Assembly: GCA_021791335.1 (NCBI GenBank) | Contig: JAJYWS010000061.1 | Coordinates: 22,924-86,923 of the forward strand | Source of the DNA: Thermoplasmata archaeon | Lineage (GTDB): Archaea; Thermoplasmatota; Thermoplasmata; Lutacidiplasmatales; UBA184 | DNA length: 64,000 bases | Direction: 5' to 3' | Shown: positions 50,535 to 60,250 of the stretch, piece by piece | How positions within the stretch are numbered: the stretch's first letter is position 1 | How the letters are laid out: each line of letters starts with the position of its first letter | The notes under the pieces: model-generated | What the model saw: the letters and a program-made list of their open reading frames with translations, nothing else | Databases searched by the model: none | What the model was told of the DNA's origin: nothing | Program-made: the position numbers and the translations under genes

Positions 50535-50606
50535 TGGACACGGGGGGATTTGAACCCCCGACCTCTGCTTTGCGAAAGCAGCGATCTTCCGCTGATCTAC
50601 GTGCCC
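50535..50606 (-). tRNA. tRNA-Ala (anticodon CGC)
   Basis: Minus-strand cloverleaf: acceptor GGGCACG/CGTGTCC with the G3:U70 Ala identity pair, anticodon loop TTCGCAA, T-arm GGGGG TTCAAAT CCCCC, discriminator A. Confidence 0.9.
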
Positions 50607-50632
50607 GCACGGCGCGGGAGCCGTGGAGCCCC

Positions 50633-51268
50633 TTAAGGGTTTTCCGGCGAGAGCAGCGCGCCGACCGGCCCGGACATCGTTCGGGGCGCCGGATCGGCCG
50701 GTGGGGCGACCGCCCGGTGCCGGTCGGTCCCGACGGCGGTCGTGGGCGCCGGGGGGTTCGGGGGGTGGCTACGTTCCCGTCCGTTGCCGGTCAGCGCCGA
50801 GCGCTCGATCGCGACCAGGGCCCGGCGCTCCGAGTCGTAGCGGAAGAGGCCCGCGTACCGCCCCCAATTGACGATGGTCTGGACCATCTCGTCCGACGGC
50901 GCGGAGGTCAACTCCAGGAGCTGCGTGTATTCCTCCTCGGGCAGACAGTGGTCGGGGGCGTTCTGGAGGGCGCGGAGGAGCGTGCGAAACAGCGTCGTCC
51001 GGGTCAGCAGGTCGCGGATCAGCGCCTTGCGCTCCGAGATCGATCCCGCCAGGAGCTGGCGGCCGACATCGGTGAGGGTCGCCCGGCCGTCGCTCACCTT
51101 GAGGAGGCCCAGCGCCTCGGCAAATTCGAGCGCCGGCAGGATCTCGTCCAGTTCGAGCTCAAGGTCGTCGGCGAGGAGCGCGACGTCGTCCGAGCCTTTG
51201 TGTTCCTGCAGGAGGACCAGCAGGCCCATCACCTGGCTTCGGGAGGCTTTTGGATAGATTGTAGGCAC
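50633..51268 (-). CDS. Stand-alone AAA-associated C-terminal domain protein (PF09821-like) linked to the NitT/TauT ABC transporter
   Basis: MGLLVLLQEHKGSDDVALLADDLELELDEILPALEFAEALGLL resembles the domain usually fused to nitrate/sulfonate ABC ATPases. Confidence 0.55.
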   Translation of the reverse strand: MPTIYPKASRSQVMGLLVLLQEHKGSDDVALLADDLELELDEILPALEFAEALGLLKVSDGRATLTDVGRQLLAGSISERKALIRDLLTRTTLFRTLLRALQNAPDHCLPEEEYTQLLELTSAPSDEMVQTIVNWGRYAGLFRYDSERRALVAIERSALTGNGRERSHPPNPPAPTTAVGTDRHRAVAPPADPAPRTMSGPVGALLSPENP

Positions 51269-51341
51269 GTTCGGTTCCAGGGGTTCCGGAGTGGAAAGGG
51301 GGGGTGGCCTCTTATAGGTTGCTTCGGCCCCGAACCTGGGG

Positions 51342-52118
51342 TCAGCCGCTACCGGGACGGGCCGATCCTTCGGTGATGAGGGAGTAGACCCGGTCCATGA
51401 GTTCGTAGACCTCCGGTGACTTCCGATCCCTCGGCCGGGCCAGCGGGATCGGTACGGTCTCCAGCACGTGGCTCGGCCGCCGGGAGAGCACCACGACCCG
51501 ATCGGCCATCAGGATCGCCTCCTCAATGTTGTGGGTCACCAGGAGCACCGACTCGGGCGGCAGGGCCGGGTCCCGCCAGAGCTGCAGAACCTCCTCCCGG
51601 AGGGCTTCCGCGGTCAACGGGTCCAGGGCGCTGAACGGCTCGTCCATCAGCAGCACCCCGGGTTCGACCGCCAGGGCCCGGGCGAGGCCCACCCGCTGGC
51701 GCATCCCCCCGGAGAGCTCCCGGGGATACGCTTCCTCGAAGCCGACGAGGCCGGTCACGGAGAGGTAGCGCTCGACCTGGGCCCGGATCCGCTCGGGGTC
51801 CCAGCGCAGGGCCTCCAAGCCGAAGGCGACGTTCTCCTGGACGGTCAGCCAGGGGAACAGCGCGAAGCTCTGGAAGACCATCGACATCTGGGGGCAGACC
51901 CCCCGGATCGGCGCCCCCCGGAATTCGAGATCCCCGGCGGTCGGGGTTTCGAGCCCGTGGATGAGGCGCAGGAGCGTCGACTTGCCGCAGCCGGACGGGC
52001 CGGTGATCGCCAGGAACTCCGAGTCCTGGACGTCGAAGGTGACGTCCCGCATGACCGTCACCGTCCCGTGGCGCGTCGGGAAGGCCTTGTCGACATGTTC
52101 GACTCGGATGATCGACAT
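51342..52118 (-). CDS. ABC transporter ATP-binding protein (NitT/TauT family)
   Basis: Walker A GPSGCGKST, LSGGMRQRV signature and Walker B LLMDEP. Confidence 0.9.
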   Translation of the reverse strand: MSIIRVEHVDKAFPTRHGTVTVMRDVTFDVQDSEFLAITGPSGCGKSTLLRLIHGLETPTAGDLEFRGAPIRGVCPQMSMVFQSFALFPWLTVQENVAFGLEALRWDPERIRAQVERYLSVTGLVGFEEAYPRELSGGMRQRVGLARALAVEPGVLLMDEPFSALDPLTAEALREEVLQLWRDPALPPESVLLVTHNIEEAILMADRVVVLSRRPSHVLETVPIPLARPRDRKSPEVYELMDRVYSLITEGSARPGSG

Positions 52119-52158
52119 ACGCCCCCGTTTCCCCTCCGCTCCGACGTCCCCGGGTCAG

Positions 52159-54036
52159 TCAGTCGTACCGATACTTCTGTACCGCCTTCCGGTACATCGG
52201 TTTCCATATGAGCTCGTTCAGCGCGATGACGGTGATCACCAAGGTGAACAAGGCGGCGGCCAGGAGCGGAAGCCCCCCCGCCTCCTGGGCCCCGAGGTCG
52301 ATCATCTGGCCGACGCCGAACAACTGGAAGGTCCGGGAGCCCACGCTCAGGTATTCGGCCACGATCAGCGTGTTCCACCCCCCGCCGAACGCCGTGATCG
52401 CCCCCGTCACGAACGCCGGGAAGATCGCGGGCAGCAGCACCCGGCGCAGGTGGAGCCATCGGCCGGCGCCGAACGACCGGGAGGCCTCCGCCAGATCGGG
52501 CGGCAGGCCCCGGATCCCGGAGAGGAGGTTGAAGAGCAGGTACCACATCATCCCGGTCATCAGCATCAGGATCGCCGCGCCCTCGCCCGTCAGGTAGGGG
52601 AGCAGCTCGAAGATGATCACCGGGAAGAGCGCCGTCGCGGGGAACGACGCGATCACCTCGACGATCGGCAGGCCGTAGCGGCTGGCCCGGGAGGAGACCC
52701 TCGCAAAGTAGATCGAGAGCGGCAGGGTGATCGCGAGCGAGATCAAAAAGGCCGCGACCACCCGGAGGACCGACGCGCCCATCGCGACCGGAAGCTCCAG
52801 GATCTGCTGGCGGACCGCCGGTAGGATCGGTGCCGTGAAGAGCTGGTAGACCGAGACGATGATCGCGATCAGCATGAGCCAGACCATCACCAGGATCGCC
52901 CCGAGGACGATGTACTTGACCGCTGCGGCCCGGAGCGAGCCTTCGCCGGAGCGCGTCGGCCGCCGACGCCGGGTGGTGAGGAGGGCCCAGGGGGCCCGGA
53001 CCCGGCTCGCGCCCGAACGCAGACCCCGGGAAACGAAGGAGGCCGCCCGCTGCAGGCGGGCCGAGCGGTACCGGTCCTCGGCGGTCGTGACCCCGTCGCT
53101 CGAAGGGGTCTGATCGTAGCGGAACTTCTCGGCCCATCGGCTCAACGGGCGCCAGAGGCCGAAGTCGAGGGCGGCAATCAGGGTGACCAGGAGGATCAGG
53201 CCGGCGAGGAAGGCGCTGCCGTCCTGGGCGGCCGCGGAGATCGACAGGAAGCTCCCGATGCCCGGCAGGGTGATGCCGGCGGAGGAGTTGGTGGAGAAGA
53301 TCTCGGCCTCGACCAGGAAGAACCACCCGGCGGTCCAGGAGAGGATGGAGTTGTAGACGAGCCGGTTGGCCGTCGCCGGAAAGACGACCCGACGCAGCCG
53401 CTGGACCCCGCTGATGCCGAACGCCTGGCTCGCCTCCCGGAGATCGTTCGGGATCGTCTTGAGGGATTCGTACACCCCGAAGACCATGTTCCAGGCCATG
53501 GAGGTGAAGATCAGAAAGACCGAGGCCAGGTTCGGCCCCAAGAAGCTGCCCGGGCCGGTGAGCCCGACAAAAAAGAGGATCGCGACCGGGAAGAAGCCGA
53601 GGATCGGAACCGACTGGAGGATGTCCAGCACCGGGATCATGACCCGCTCGGCCGGCCGGTGGACCGCGGCGTAGTAGCCGTAGGCAAGGGCGAATCCCAG
53701 GGAGGCCAGATAGGCGGCCAGCATCCGGCCGAACGAGTAGGACAGGTCGAGGCCCGCGGTCGGAAGCTGGGCGGTCAGCGCGGCGGCCGAACCGCCCCAG
53801 TGGACCAGGGTGGCCGGGATGACGACCGCCAGGATCGCCCCATAGATCACGGCCGACCGGCGGCCCGATCGGGTAGGTCCTCCTCCCGGGGATCGTTCAG
53901 CCGGGCCCGAACACGCGGGGTCCGGGTCGGTCGGTTGCGGGCGAACTGATCGAGTTACCACCCGCCCCACCCCACATGGTTTCGCCCCCCAGCCGGTACG
54001 CCTATTTGTGCCGCTCGGTGCCGCGACCTTCACCAT
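52159..54036 (-). CDS. ABC transporter permease, two fused NitT/TauT-type permease domains
   Basis: Two repeated six-TM modules, each with an EAA-like loop; start set at the internal ATG MVKVAAPSG (uncertain). Confidence 0.8.
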   Translation of the reverse strand: MVKVAAPSGTNRRTGWGAKPCGVGRVVTRSVRPQPTDPDPACSGPAERSPGGGPTRSGRRSAVIYGAILAVVIPATLVHWGGSAAALTAQLPTAGLDLSYSFGRMLAAYLASLGFALAYGYYAAVHRPAERVMIPVLDILQSVPILGFFPVAILFFVGLTGPGSFLGPNLASVFLIFTSMAWNMVFGVYESLKTIPNDLREASQAFGISGVQRLRRVVFPATANRLVYNSILSWTAGWFFLVEAEIFSTNSSAGITLPGIGSFLSISAAAQDGSAFLAGLILLVTLIAALDFGLWRPLSRWAEKFRYDQTPSSDGVTTAEDRYRSARLQRAASFVSRGLRSGASRVRAPWALLTTRRRRPTRSGEGSLRAAAVKYIVLGAILVMVWLMLIAIIVSVYQLFTAPILPAVRQQILELPVAMGASVLRVVAAFLISLAITLPLSIYFARVSSRASRYGLPIVEVIASFPATALFPVIIFELLPYLTGEGAAILMLMTGMMWYLLFNLLSGIRGLPPDLAEASRSFGAGRWLHLRRVLLPAIFPAFVTGAITAFGGGWNTLIVAEYLSVGSRTFQLFGVGQMIDLGAQEAGGLPLLAAALFTLVITVIALNELIWKPMYRKAVQKYRYD

Positions 54037-54229
54037 CACCCCGCTGGATTCCGGAAGGCCACCGGGCCCCGGACGCGGAGGGCGCCTCCGGGGGGGCCGA
54101 AACGACGCCCCGGCCCCCTCCCCGGCCCCTGGGCTGGTCCGCCGACGTCCGGGAAGAGCCCCGGTCACGGCCCCGGGCCGTGGTGCCGGGACAAACCGTT
54201 ATCTGTCCGCCTCGGCATCCGCCGGCCGT

Positions 54230-54336
54230 AGCCCCGTAGTGTAGTGGCCAATCATGCGAGACTCTGGATCTCGCGACGCAGGTTCGAACGCCGTGGAAGG
54301 ACCCGACTCCACGCGCCGAAACTCCTGCCGGGGCTA
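54230..54336 (+). tRNA. tRNA-Gln (anticodon CUG) interrupted by a 34-nt intron in the T-loop
   Basis: Acceptor AGCCCCG pairs perfectly with CGGGGCT (54329..54335), discriminator A. Anticodon stem CGAGA/TCTCG with loop CTCTGGA. T-stem GCAGG (54278..54282) pairs with CCTGC (54324..54328) only if ~34 nt (54289..54322) are removed; those 34 nt contain the hairpin CGTGGA..TCCACG. Confidence 0.7.
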
Positions 54337-54544
54337 CTCGGGAAGCAGGGATCACGAGCCTATGCGGGGGTGCTCCAGTTCGGCCAACCCGCTCGACCGT
54401 CGGACCGGTCGGGCCGGGCCACCGAGGCAGGGCTTAGGACCCTGTTGCCTAGGGCATTCGCCGGTTCAAAGGGACGGCCGGGATCTCCCGGCCGCCGGAA
54501 TCTCCGGCCCCCCGCACGGGCGCGTCGAGCGGAACGAGGCGCCG

Positions 54545-55440
54545 TGATCGACCGATCGGAGGAGTTCCTGCCTCCGGCCGCGATCGCCCGGCTGGAACCC
54601 GAGGAGGCGGACGCTCTCCTCGACCGGCTCGAGGCCCGGGTCCCCACCCATCCGACGCTCCTCCCCATCCCCTCGGCCGACGCACCGGCCCTGGTCTTCG
54701 GCGACACCCACGGGGACCTCCCGTCGGTCGAGGCGGTCCTCGAGGAGTGGCATCAGGGCCCGACGGACCAGATCCTGATCGGGCTCGGAGACTACGTCGA
54801 TCGCACTCCCCCGGACGTGCCGAACGGATCGGTCCTCAACGCGCTCTACCTCCTCCAATGGGCGGCCCGGTTTCCGGAACGCGTCATCCTGCTCACCGGT
54901 AACCACGAACTCGCGCGACAGATACCGGTGGTGCCGTCGGACCTTCCCGCGGAGATCGATGACCTATGGGGCCCCGGCATCGAGCGGCAGCTGAGGATCG
55001 CCCACCTGCTCGAGCGCGGCCCGCTCGCGGCCTACACCGAGAGCGGCGTTTTCCTCGCGCACGCCGGGTTTCCCCGGCGCCGCCCCCGGGGCGACTGGAC
55101 CAAGGCGTTCGACCGTCCGAGCGAGGAGACGGTGGCCGAGGTCGTCTGGGCCGATTGCGGCGCCTCCGAGAGCCGTCGGAGGGTCGTCCGGGCCTTCACG
55201 GAAGCGGACCTCGACCGCTTCCTCGCCGACTCTAGCCTGGTGGGACTCCTGCGGGGCCACGACCCGGACCTCACCGGCCGGCGGGTCTTCCACGACCGCT
55301 GCCTGACCCTCCACACGACCCGGTACTTCGCCGAGTATGGAGGGGTCCTGGCGGCCCGGGTCCCCTTGGGGGCCCGGCTGGCGTCGCTGGCCGACGTGGC
55401 GCTGGTCCCCCTGACTCCGGCCGCGCCGACTACGGAGTGA
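54545..55440 (+). CDS. PPP-family serine/threonine protein phosphatase (calcineurin-like metallophosphoesterase)
   Basis: GDTHGD, GDYVDRT and GNHE motifs. Start is the GTG at 54545; the upstream part of track ORF 54244..55440 overlaps tRNA-Gln and is rejected. Confidence 0.8.
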
Positions 55441-56011
55441 CCGGTCCCCCGAACAGGCGCTGCTCGGCGGCCCTAACCTCCGCCGGGGTGGCCGCCGCCC
55501 GGTAGGCCTCGAGGCGCTCCCGGTTCAGCGTCAGGAAGGTCGTCCCCCCCCGGAAGCCGTCGAGGATCCCCGACGCCCGGTCCGGCGCTCCGATCAGGAA
55601 GAGGGCCGCCGCGAACGCCTCGACCGTGTTGAGCTCGGCGAGCCGTCCGAAATGCTGGGGGTTCGCCGCCAGCAGCAGCGGGAGTCGCCGGCGCAGAAGC
55701 CGGGGCGTGGGCGGCCCGTCCCCATCCAGCGCCGCCGGGCGCCGGGCAAGCCGGTTCCAGGAACAGTCGACCACCACCACGCCCCCCGTCCGCGCGACCG
55801 CGTCGTCCTGCCGGGAGAGGGTCTCGGGCGCGTGGGGATCGAGGAGCAGCCGGCGGACCCGGTCCGATCCCGGGGTATAGCGGTGCACTTTCCGCCAGTC
55901 GAGCAGCCGCCGACCGGTGCACGCCTTCGCCCGGTCGTCGCCCCGGACGATCAGCCCGAGCCAGATCGCGGGCTCACCGGGGATCGGCCGCGTACTCTCG
56001 GAAGATCCCAT
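55430..56011 (-). CDS. tsr3: 16S rRNA aminocarboxypropyltransferase Tsr3 (DUF367)
   Basis: DDRAKACTGRRL near the N-terminus, VVVDCSWNRL and LLAANPQHFGR..LNTVEAFAAALFLIG match the Tsr3 family. Confidence 0.7.
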   Translation of the reverse strand: MGSSESTRPIPGEPAIWLGLIVRGDDRAKACTGRRLLDWRKVHRYTPGSDRVRRLLLDPHAPETLSRQDDAVARTGGVVVVDCSWNRLARRPAALDGDGPPTPRLLRRRLPLLLAANPQHFGRLAELNTVEAFAAALFLIGAPDRASGILDGFRGGTTFLTLNRERLEAYRAAATPAEVRAAEQRLFGGPVTP

Positions 56012-56939
56012 GCAGGGTCCGGGTGAGGGCGAGCGCTTCGGCGCGGGGACGCTGCCAGAGGTTGCGGCCGAAGATGATCCCCGTCGCCCCGGCGGCCATC
56101 GACATGCGCACCTTCTCGAGCAGCTTGTCGTCGGCCACCTTCTCCCCCCCGGAGACGAGGACGAGCGATCGGCCGGCGCTCTCCACGACCTTGCGGAAGG
56201 CGGCCTCCGGCGTCAGATCGAGGGAATTGTACGGCGGCGGGCTTTGCCGGTCGTGCTCGGAGCGGACGGGGTAGTTGACCTTCACCACATCGGCCCCTAG
56301 CTCGAGCGCGACGCGGGCCGCGTAGTCGACCGCATACAGGCTCTCCTTGCCGCCCCGCTGGGCGACCGCATCGCCTCGGGGGTACGCCCAGACCACCACG
56401 GGCATCCCGTACCGGTCGGCCTCCGAACGGATCTCCATGAACTGCTCGAAATCCCGGTCCTGGGCCGGCGAGCCGACATAGACGGTGTACCCCACCGCGT
56501 CGGCGCCCAGGCGGACCGCGTCCTCGACCGTGCCGGTGAGCGCGCTGAACGCCTCATGGTCCGGCGGGATCGACGTCTTCCCGTTGAGCTTCAGGAGCAG
56601 GGGGATCCGGCCCGCATACTCGGGGTAGTACTTCTCCGCGAGTCCGATATGGACGGCGATTGCGCTGAACCGTCCCTCGACCGCCAGTTCGAACTGGTAG
56701 GCCGGATCGAGCGCCTCCGGATTCACGAAGAAGTCGACGGGGCCGTGTTCGAGCCCCTGATCGATCGGCAGCACCAGCAACGTCCCTCCCCCCGGCCCGT
56801 GCTCGTACATCATGTGCGTCAGCCGGGCGCGCTTCCCCGGACTGAGTCCGAGGCGATCGAACGGAGGGCGCGGGAAGCGGGCGGGGGTCGACGGAGTCGT
56901 TCGGGTCGAAGCGCCCGGGGCTGGTGCAGGTGCGGTCAC
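55974..56939 (-). CDS. Class I aldolase of the DhnA/FbaB family (fructose-bisphosphate aldolase; ADH-synthase paralogues are similar)
   Basis: LLVLPIDQGLEHGP...LLLKLNGKT...VKVNYP TIM-barrel Schiff-base aldolase family. Confidence 0.75.
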   Translation of the reverse strand: MTAPAPAPGASTRTTPSTPARFPRPPFDRLGLSPGKRARLTHMMYEHGPGGGTLLVLPIDQGLEHGPVDFFVNPEALDPAYQFELAVEGRFSAIAVHIGLAEKYYPEYAGRIPLLLKLNGKTSIPPDHEAFSALTGTVEDAVRLGADAVGYTVYVGSPAQDRDFEQFMEIRSEADRYGMPVVVWAYPRGDAVAQRGGKESLYAVDYAARVALELGADVVKVNYPVRSEHDRQSPPPYNSLDLTPEAAFRKVVESAGRSLVLVSGGEKVADDKLLEKVRMSMAAGATGIIFGRNLWQRPRAEALALTRTLHGIFREYAADPR

Positions 56940-57054
56940 GGCATCCTCGGCGGGGGGTACGGACGCCCGGGGTAAAAGGGTTCGGCCGACCCCTCCACCT
57001 AAACAGGCTTAACCCCGGACCAATTCCAGTACCTTCCCCAGGGCCCGGCCCGAA

Positions 57055-57939
57055 ATGCGCTCCGAACTCCTCATCTATGCGACGATCGCCCTCGACCTGG
57101 CGCTGTTCGGGATCAACCTTCTGGTGGCAGGCTCGACCGGCAGCCGGGCGGTCCTCTCCCAGGCCGCCTACAGCCTGAGCGACCTGCTGGGCACCGCCTT
57201 TCTATTGGTCGGGGTCTACTCCTCAAGGCGACCCCCCGACGAGCGGCACCCCTTCGGGTTCGGCAAGGAACGGTTCTTCTGGGCCTTCGTCGCCACGCTG
57301 GTGGCGTTCACGCTCACCGGCTTCTTCTCCCTCGCCGTGGGGACCCTTCAGATCCTCTCCCCGGTCCGGGTCGTCGACGTCGCCCACGCGCTGCTCGTGG
57401 TCGCCGCCACGCTGCTCGCCAGTGTGGCCGGCCTTGCGGTCGCCTTCCGCGAGCTCCGGCGCTCCCGGGAGAGCTTCGGGGCCCTCTGGGAGTCCTCCCA
57501 GGTCGGGGTCAAGACGATCGTCTACCAGGATGTGGTGGCGCTGGTCGGGGCCGGGGTCGCCCTGGTCGGCCTGGTCGGGGTCTACCTCACCCGGCAATCG
57601 GCCTACGATGGCATCGCGGCCGCGGTCGTCGGCCTCCTCATGATCGCGACCGGCATCCTGCTCTCGGCGGAGAGCCGGGACCTGCTCACCGGTCGGGCCA
57701 TCCCTCCGGAGGTCGCCCGCTCGATCCTGATGGTCGCGCAACGGCACCCCAAGGTGCGGTCGGTGCGCGGGATCCAGTCGATGCTGCTCGGGCCGGACGA
57801 CACCCTGGTCGCGCTGCGGGTCAACTTCCAGGACGGGCTCACCACCGACCAGGTCGAGGTGGTGATCGACGAGCTCTCCTCCGACCTCAAGGCGTCCCAG
57901 CCGACGCTCCGCCATCTGGTCATCGAGCCGGAGTCGTAG
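57055..57939 (+). CDS. Cation diffusion facilitator family metal efflux transporter
   Basis: Six TM helices, the HxxxD-type motif in the TM2/TM5 region (SLSDLL) and a C-terminal cytoplasmic domain. Confidence 0.85.
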   Translation: MRSELLIYATIALDLALFGINLLVAGSTGSRAVLSQAAYSLSDLLGTAFLLVGVYSSRRPPDERHPFGFGKERFFWAFVATLVAFTLTGFFSLAVGTLQILSPVRVVDVAHALLVVAATLLASVAGLAVAFRELRRSRESFGALWESSQVGVKTIVYQDVVALVGAGVALVGLVGVYLTRQSAYDGIAAAVVGLLMIATGILLSAESRDLLTGRAIPPEVARSILMVAQRHPKVRSVRGIQSMLLGPDDTLVALRVNFQDGLTTDQVEVVIDELSSDLKASQPTLRHLVIEPES

Positions 57940-57953
57940 CAGCCGGCCCGAGG

Positions 57954-59183
57954 CTAATCCACCGCGACGGTCCGCCGCAGATCGAGGGTGCGGAGCGCGG
58001 TGAGCAGGGCCAGGCCGGCGGCGATGCTCCCAAAGAAGAGGTCGAGGCCGAGGTTCCCCAGCGCCCCGAAGAGACCGGTCGAGGCCGCCAGGCCGACAAT
58101 CATCCCCAGCGAGATGACGAGCGAGTAGACGGCCATCGTCGTCGCCCGGCTCAGCGACGCCGTCAGGTCGGCGAGGGCGGCCAGCGCCGCCGGCCCGTAG
58201 GCGAGGGCCGCGAGGACCGAGACTCCGAGGGCGCCCAGAATCCAGGGCTGCGCCCCCAAATTGGCGAGGAGCGCGGCGCAGATCATCGCGCCCACGAATC
58301 CGACCGTCCCGACGATCATGAGCCGCTGCTGGCCGAACCGGTCGGCGAGCCGCCCGAAGGTCGGCTGGGTGCCCACCAGCAGGAGCCCCCCGAGGCCGAT
58401 GGCGAGCGCCAGGTCGAGCGGGGGGATGCCGACCCCGGAGGCCGAGGTGCCGAGGAAGACGAACGCGGTTCCGATCAGCATGTAGATCACAAGCCAGGGC
58501 AATGTCACGAGCAGCACCTCCCGACGGACGATCGCCGGCAGGACCGTGGAGAAGACATAGGACCGATTGGGGGTCGCCCGCCATCCGCTCGGGACCCACC
58601 ACACCCCGAGGAGGATCCCGACCGCCAGCGCTCCGGCGCCCGCCAGGAACACCAGGGGGAGCTGGGCGTTGTCGAGCAGGCCGAGGCTGCCGAAGCCGAA
58701 GGCAAAGCCGCCGATCCAGCCGACCAGATTGACCGCGTCGAAACGGCCCATCTCGTAGCCGCGTTCGGGATGGACCGATCGGTCGGCGATGAGCGCGAGG
58801 CTCGAGGCGAGGATGGCCCCGCTTCCGATCCCGAAGGCGAAGTTGAGGCCGCCGAGCGCCCAGGGATCCCGGGTCAGCGCGGTCAGGGCGAGCAGGACCG
58901 CCGATCCGGCCATCCCCCCGAAGAGGACCGGGAACCGTCCGTAGCGGTCGGCGACCGCCCCCGACAGGAGGACGGTGGTGAACTCCCCCGTCGGCGCCAT
59001 CGCGCTCACCAACCCGACGACCCCGACCTGGGAGCCGTCGAGCCCGACCGAGCGGCCGAGGATGTAGGTCGCGAAGACCGCGACGGTGATCCCGAATCCG
59101 AACCGGACGAAGAACGTCGCGCTCAGGACGGCGGTCAGGGGATGTCGATCGTGGGCCGGAGCGGCCGGGTCGGGCGCCACCAT
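57954..59183 (-). CDS. MFS transporter (12 TM)
   Basis: Twelve hydrophobic segments, a GRLADRFGQQR-type loop. Confidence 0.8.
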   Translation of the reverse strand: MVAPDPAAPAHDRHPLTAVLSATFFVRFGFGITVAVFATYILGRSVGLDGSQVGVVGLVSAMAPTGEFTTVLLSGAVADRYGRFPVLFGGMAGSAVLLALTALTRDPWALGGLNFAFGIGSGAILASSLALIADRSVHPERGYEMGRFDAVNLVGWIGGFAFGFGSLGLLDNAQLPLVFLAGAGALAVGILLGVWWVPSGWRATPNRSYVFSTVLPAIVRREVLLVTLPWLVIYMLIGTAFVFLGTSASGVGIPPLDLALAIGLGGLLLVGTQPTFGRLADRFGQQRLMIVGTVGFVGAMICAALLANLGAQPWILGALGVSVLAALAYGPAALAALADLTASLSRATTMAVYSLVISLGMIVGLAASTGLFGALGNLGLDLFFGSIAAGLALLTALRTLDLRRTVAVD

Positions 59184-59195
59184 CCGAAGCCCCGG

Positions 59196-59585
59196 CTAGC
59201 CCGGGGGGCCCGGCCGTTCGATGAGCTCGATCCACACGTCGTCCGGGTCCAGGAGGAACGCGATCCGGCCCGAGCCGCCCGCGAGCCGATACGGCTCCTT
59301 CGCCACCCGGACCCCCGCCCGATGGGCGCGGGCGATCGTCTCGTCCAGGTCGGGGGTCTCGAAGGCCAGATGGTCGAGTTGGTCCCCGGGGACCAGCTCG
59401 GTCCGGTCGGCCCAGCAGGTCAGCTCGATCCGGGCGCCGGAGGCGGGGTCACGGACGAAGGCGATCTCCGCCCGGTTCTCCGGGATGGGCCGGCGGCGTT
59501 CGAACTCGAGACCCAAAAAGCCGGTGTAGAACTGGAGGCTCCGTTCGAGGTCCCGGACGGTGAGTGAGGTGTGGAGGAAGCGCAT
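59196..59585 (-). CDS. VOC-family protein (glyoxalase I/lactoylglutathione lyase-like)
   Basis: FLHTSLTVRDLERSLQFYTGFLGL...HLAF...ELIE pattern of glyoxalase/bleomycin-resistance folds. Confidence 0.7.
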   Translation of the reverse strand: MRFLHTSLTVRDLERSLQFYTGFLGLEFERRRPIPENRAEIAFVRDPASGARIELTCWADRTELVPGDQLDHLAFETPDLDETIARAHRAGVRVAKEPYRLAGGSGRIAFLLDPDDVWIELIERPGPPG

Positions 59586-59674
59586 CGTCCCGATCGGCGA
59601 AGGTCGGGGGGCTACCTAAGCTATCCGACCCGCCGTCGATCCCTCGACGGTCCGGGCGAAACCGGCCGCCGACG

Positions 59675-60250
59675 TCAGAGGGCTTTGAAGAGGTCGGACT
59701 GGGTCACGATGCCGCGGAGCGTCCCGCGCTCGGTGACCAGGACGGCCGGGACGTGCCGGAGGAGCGCCGCAGCGACCCGACTCGGCGTATCGGCGTCGAT
59801 CTGGGGGAACGGACCCTCGAGCACCTCCCCGACGGTGAGCCGGGACAGCCGGGACACCGACCGGGGATCCGCCAGGCAGCGGACGATCGTGCGATCGGTG
59901 AGCGAGCCGACGACCAGGCCCCCGGAGAGCACCGGGACCTGGCTGATGGAGTGTCGGCGCATCCGGCGGGCGGCCTCCACCAGCATGGTGGAGGGCTCCA
60001 CCTGGACGAGGGTCGGGGTCGCGAGGTGGCGGACCGGCACATCCCGCGGTTCCGCCTCGAGGTGTCGGTCGAGGGCTTCGAAGAGGGCGAGGGCCTTGCG
60101 GTAGGAGGGGTCGATCCGGCCCCGCTCGATCTTGGCGACCAGGGATTGGCTGACCCCCGCCCGGCGGGCGAGTTCGGTCTGGCTGAGGCCGGCCCTCAGC
60201 CGGCGCCGGCGGAGGTCCGTGAGGGAGGGGAGGTCGTTGGGCGGAGCCAT
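59675..60250 (-). CDS. Transcriptional regulator: HTH_XRE fused to a CBS-domain pair
   Basis: LRRRRLRAGLSQTELARRAGVSQSLVAKIERG HTH followed by two CBS motifs. Start set at ATG 60250, leaving the AT-rich element at 60263..60297 as shared divergent promoter space. Confidence 0.7.
   Translation of the reverse strand: MAPPNDLPSLTDLRRRRLRAGLSQTELARRAGVSQSLVAKIERGRIDPSYRKALALFEALDRHLEAEPRDVPVRHLATPTLVQVEPSTMLVEAARRMRRHSISQVPVLSGGLVVGSLTDRTIVRCLADPRSVSRLSRLTVGEVLEGPFPQIDADTPSRVAAALLRHVPAVLVTERGTLRGIVTQSDLFKAL

Noticed and set aside
54244-54544. N-terminal 100 codons of track ORF 54244..55440
   Set aside because: Overlaps the intron-containing tRNA-Gln and has junk-like composition; the phosphatase domain begins at GTG 54545.
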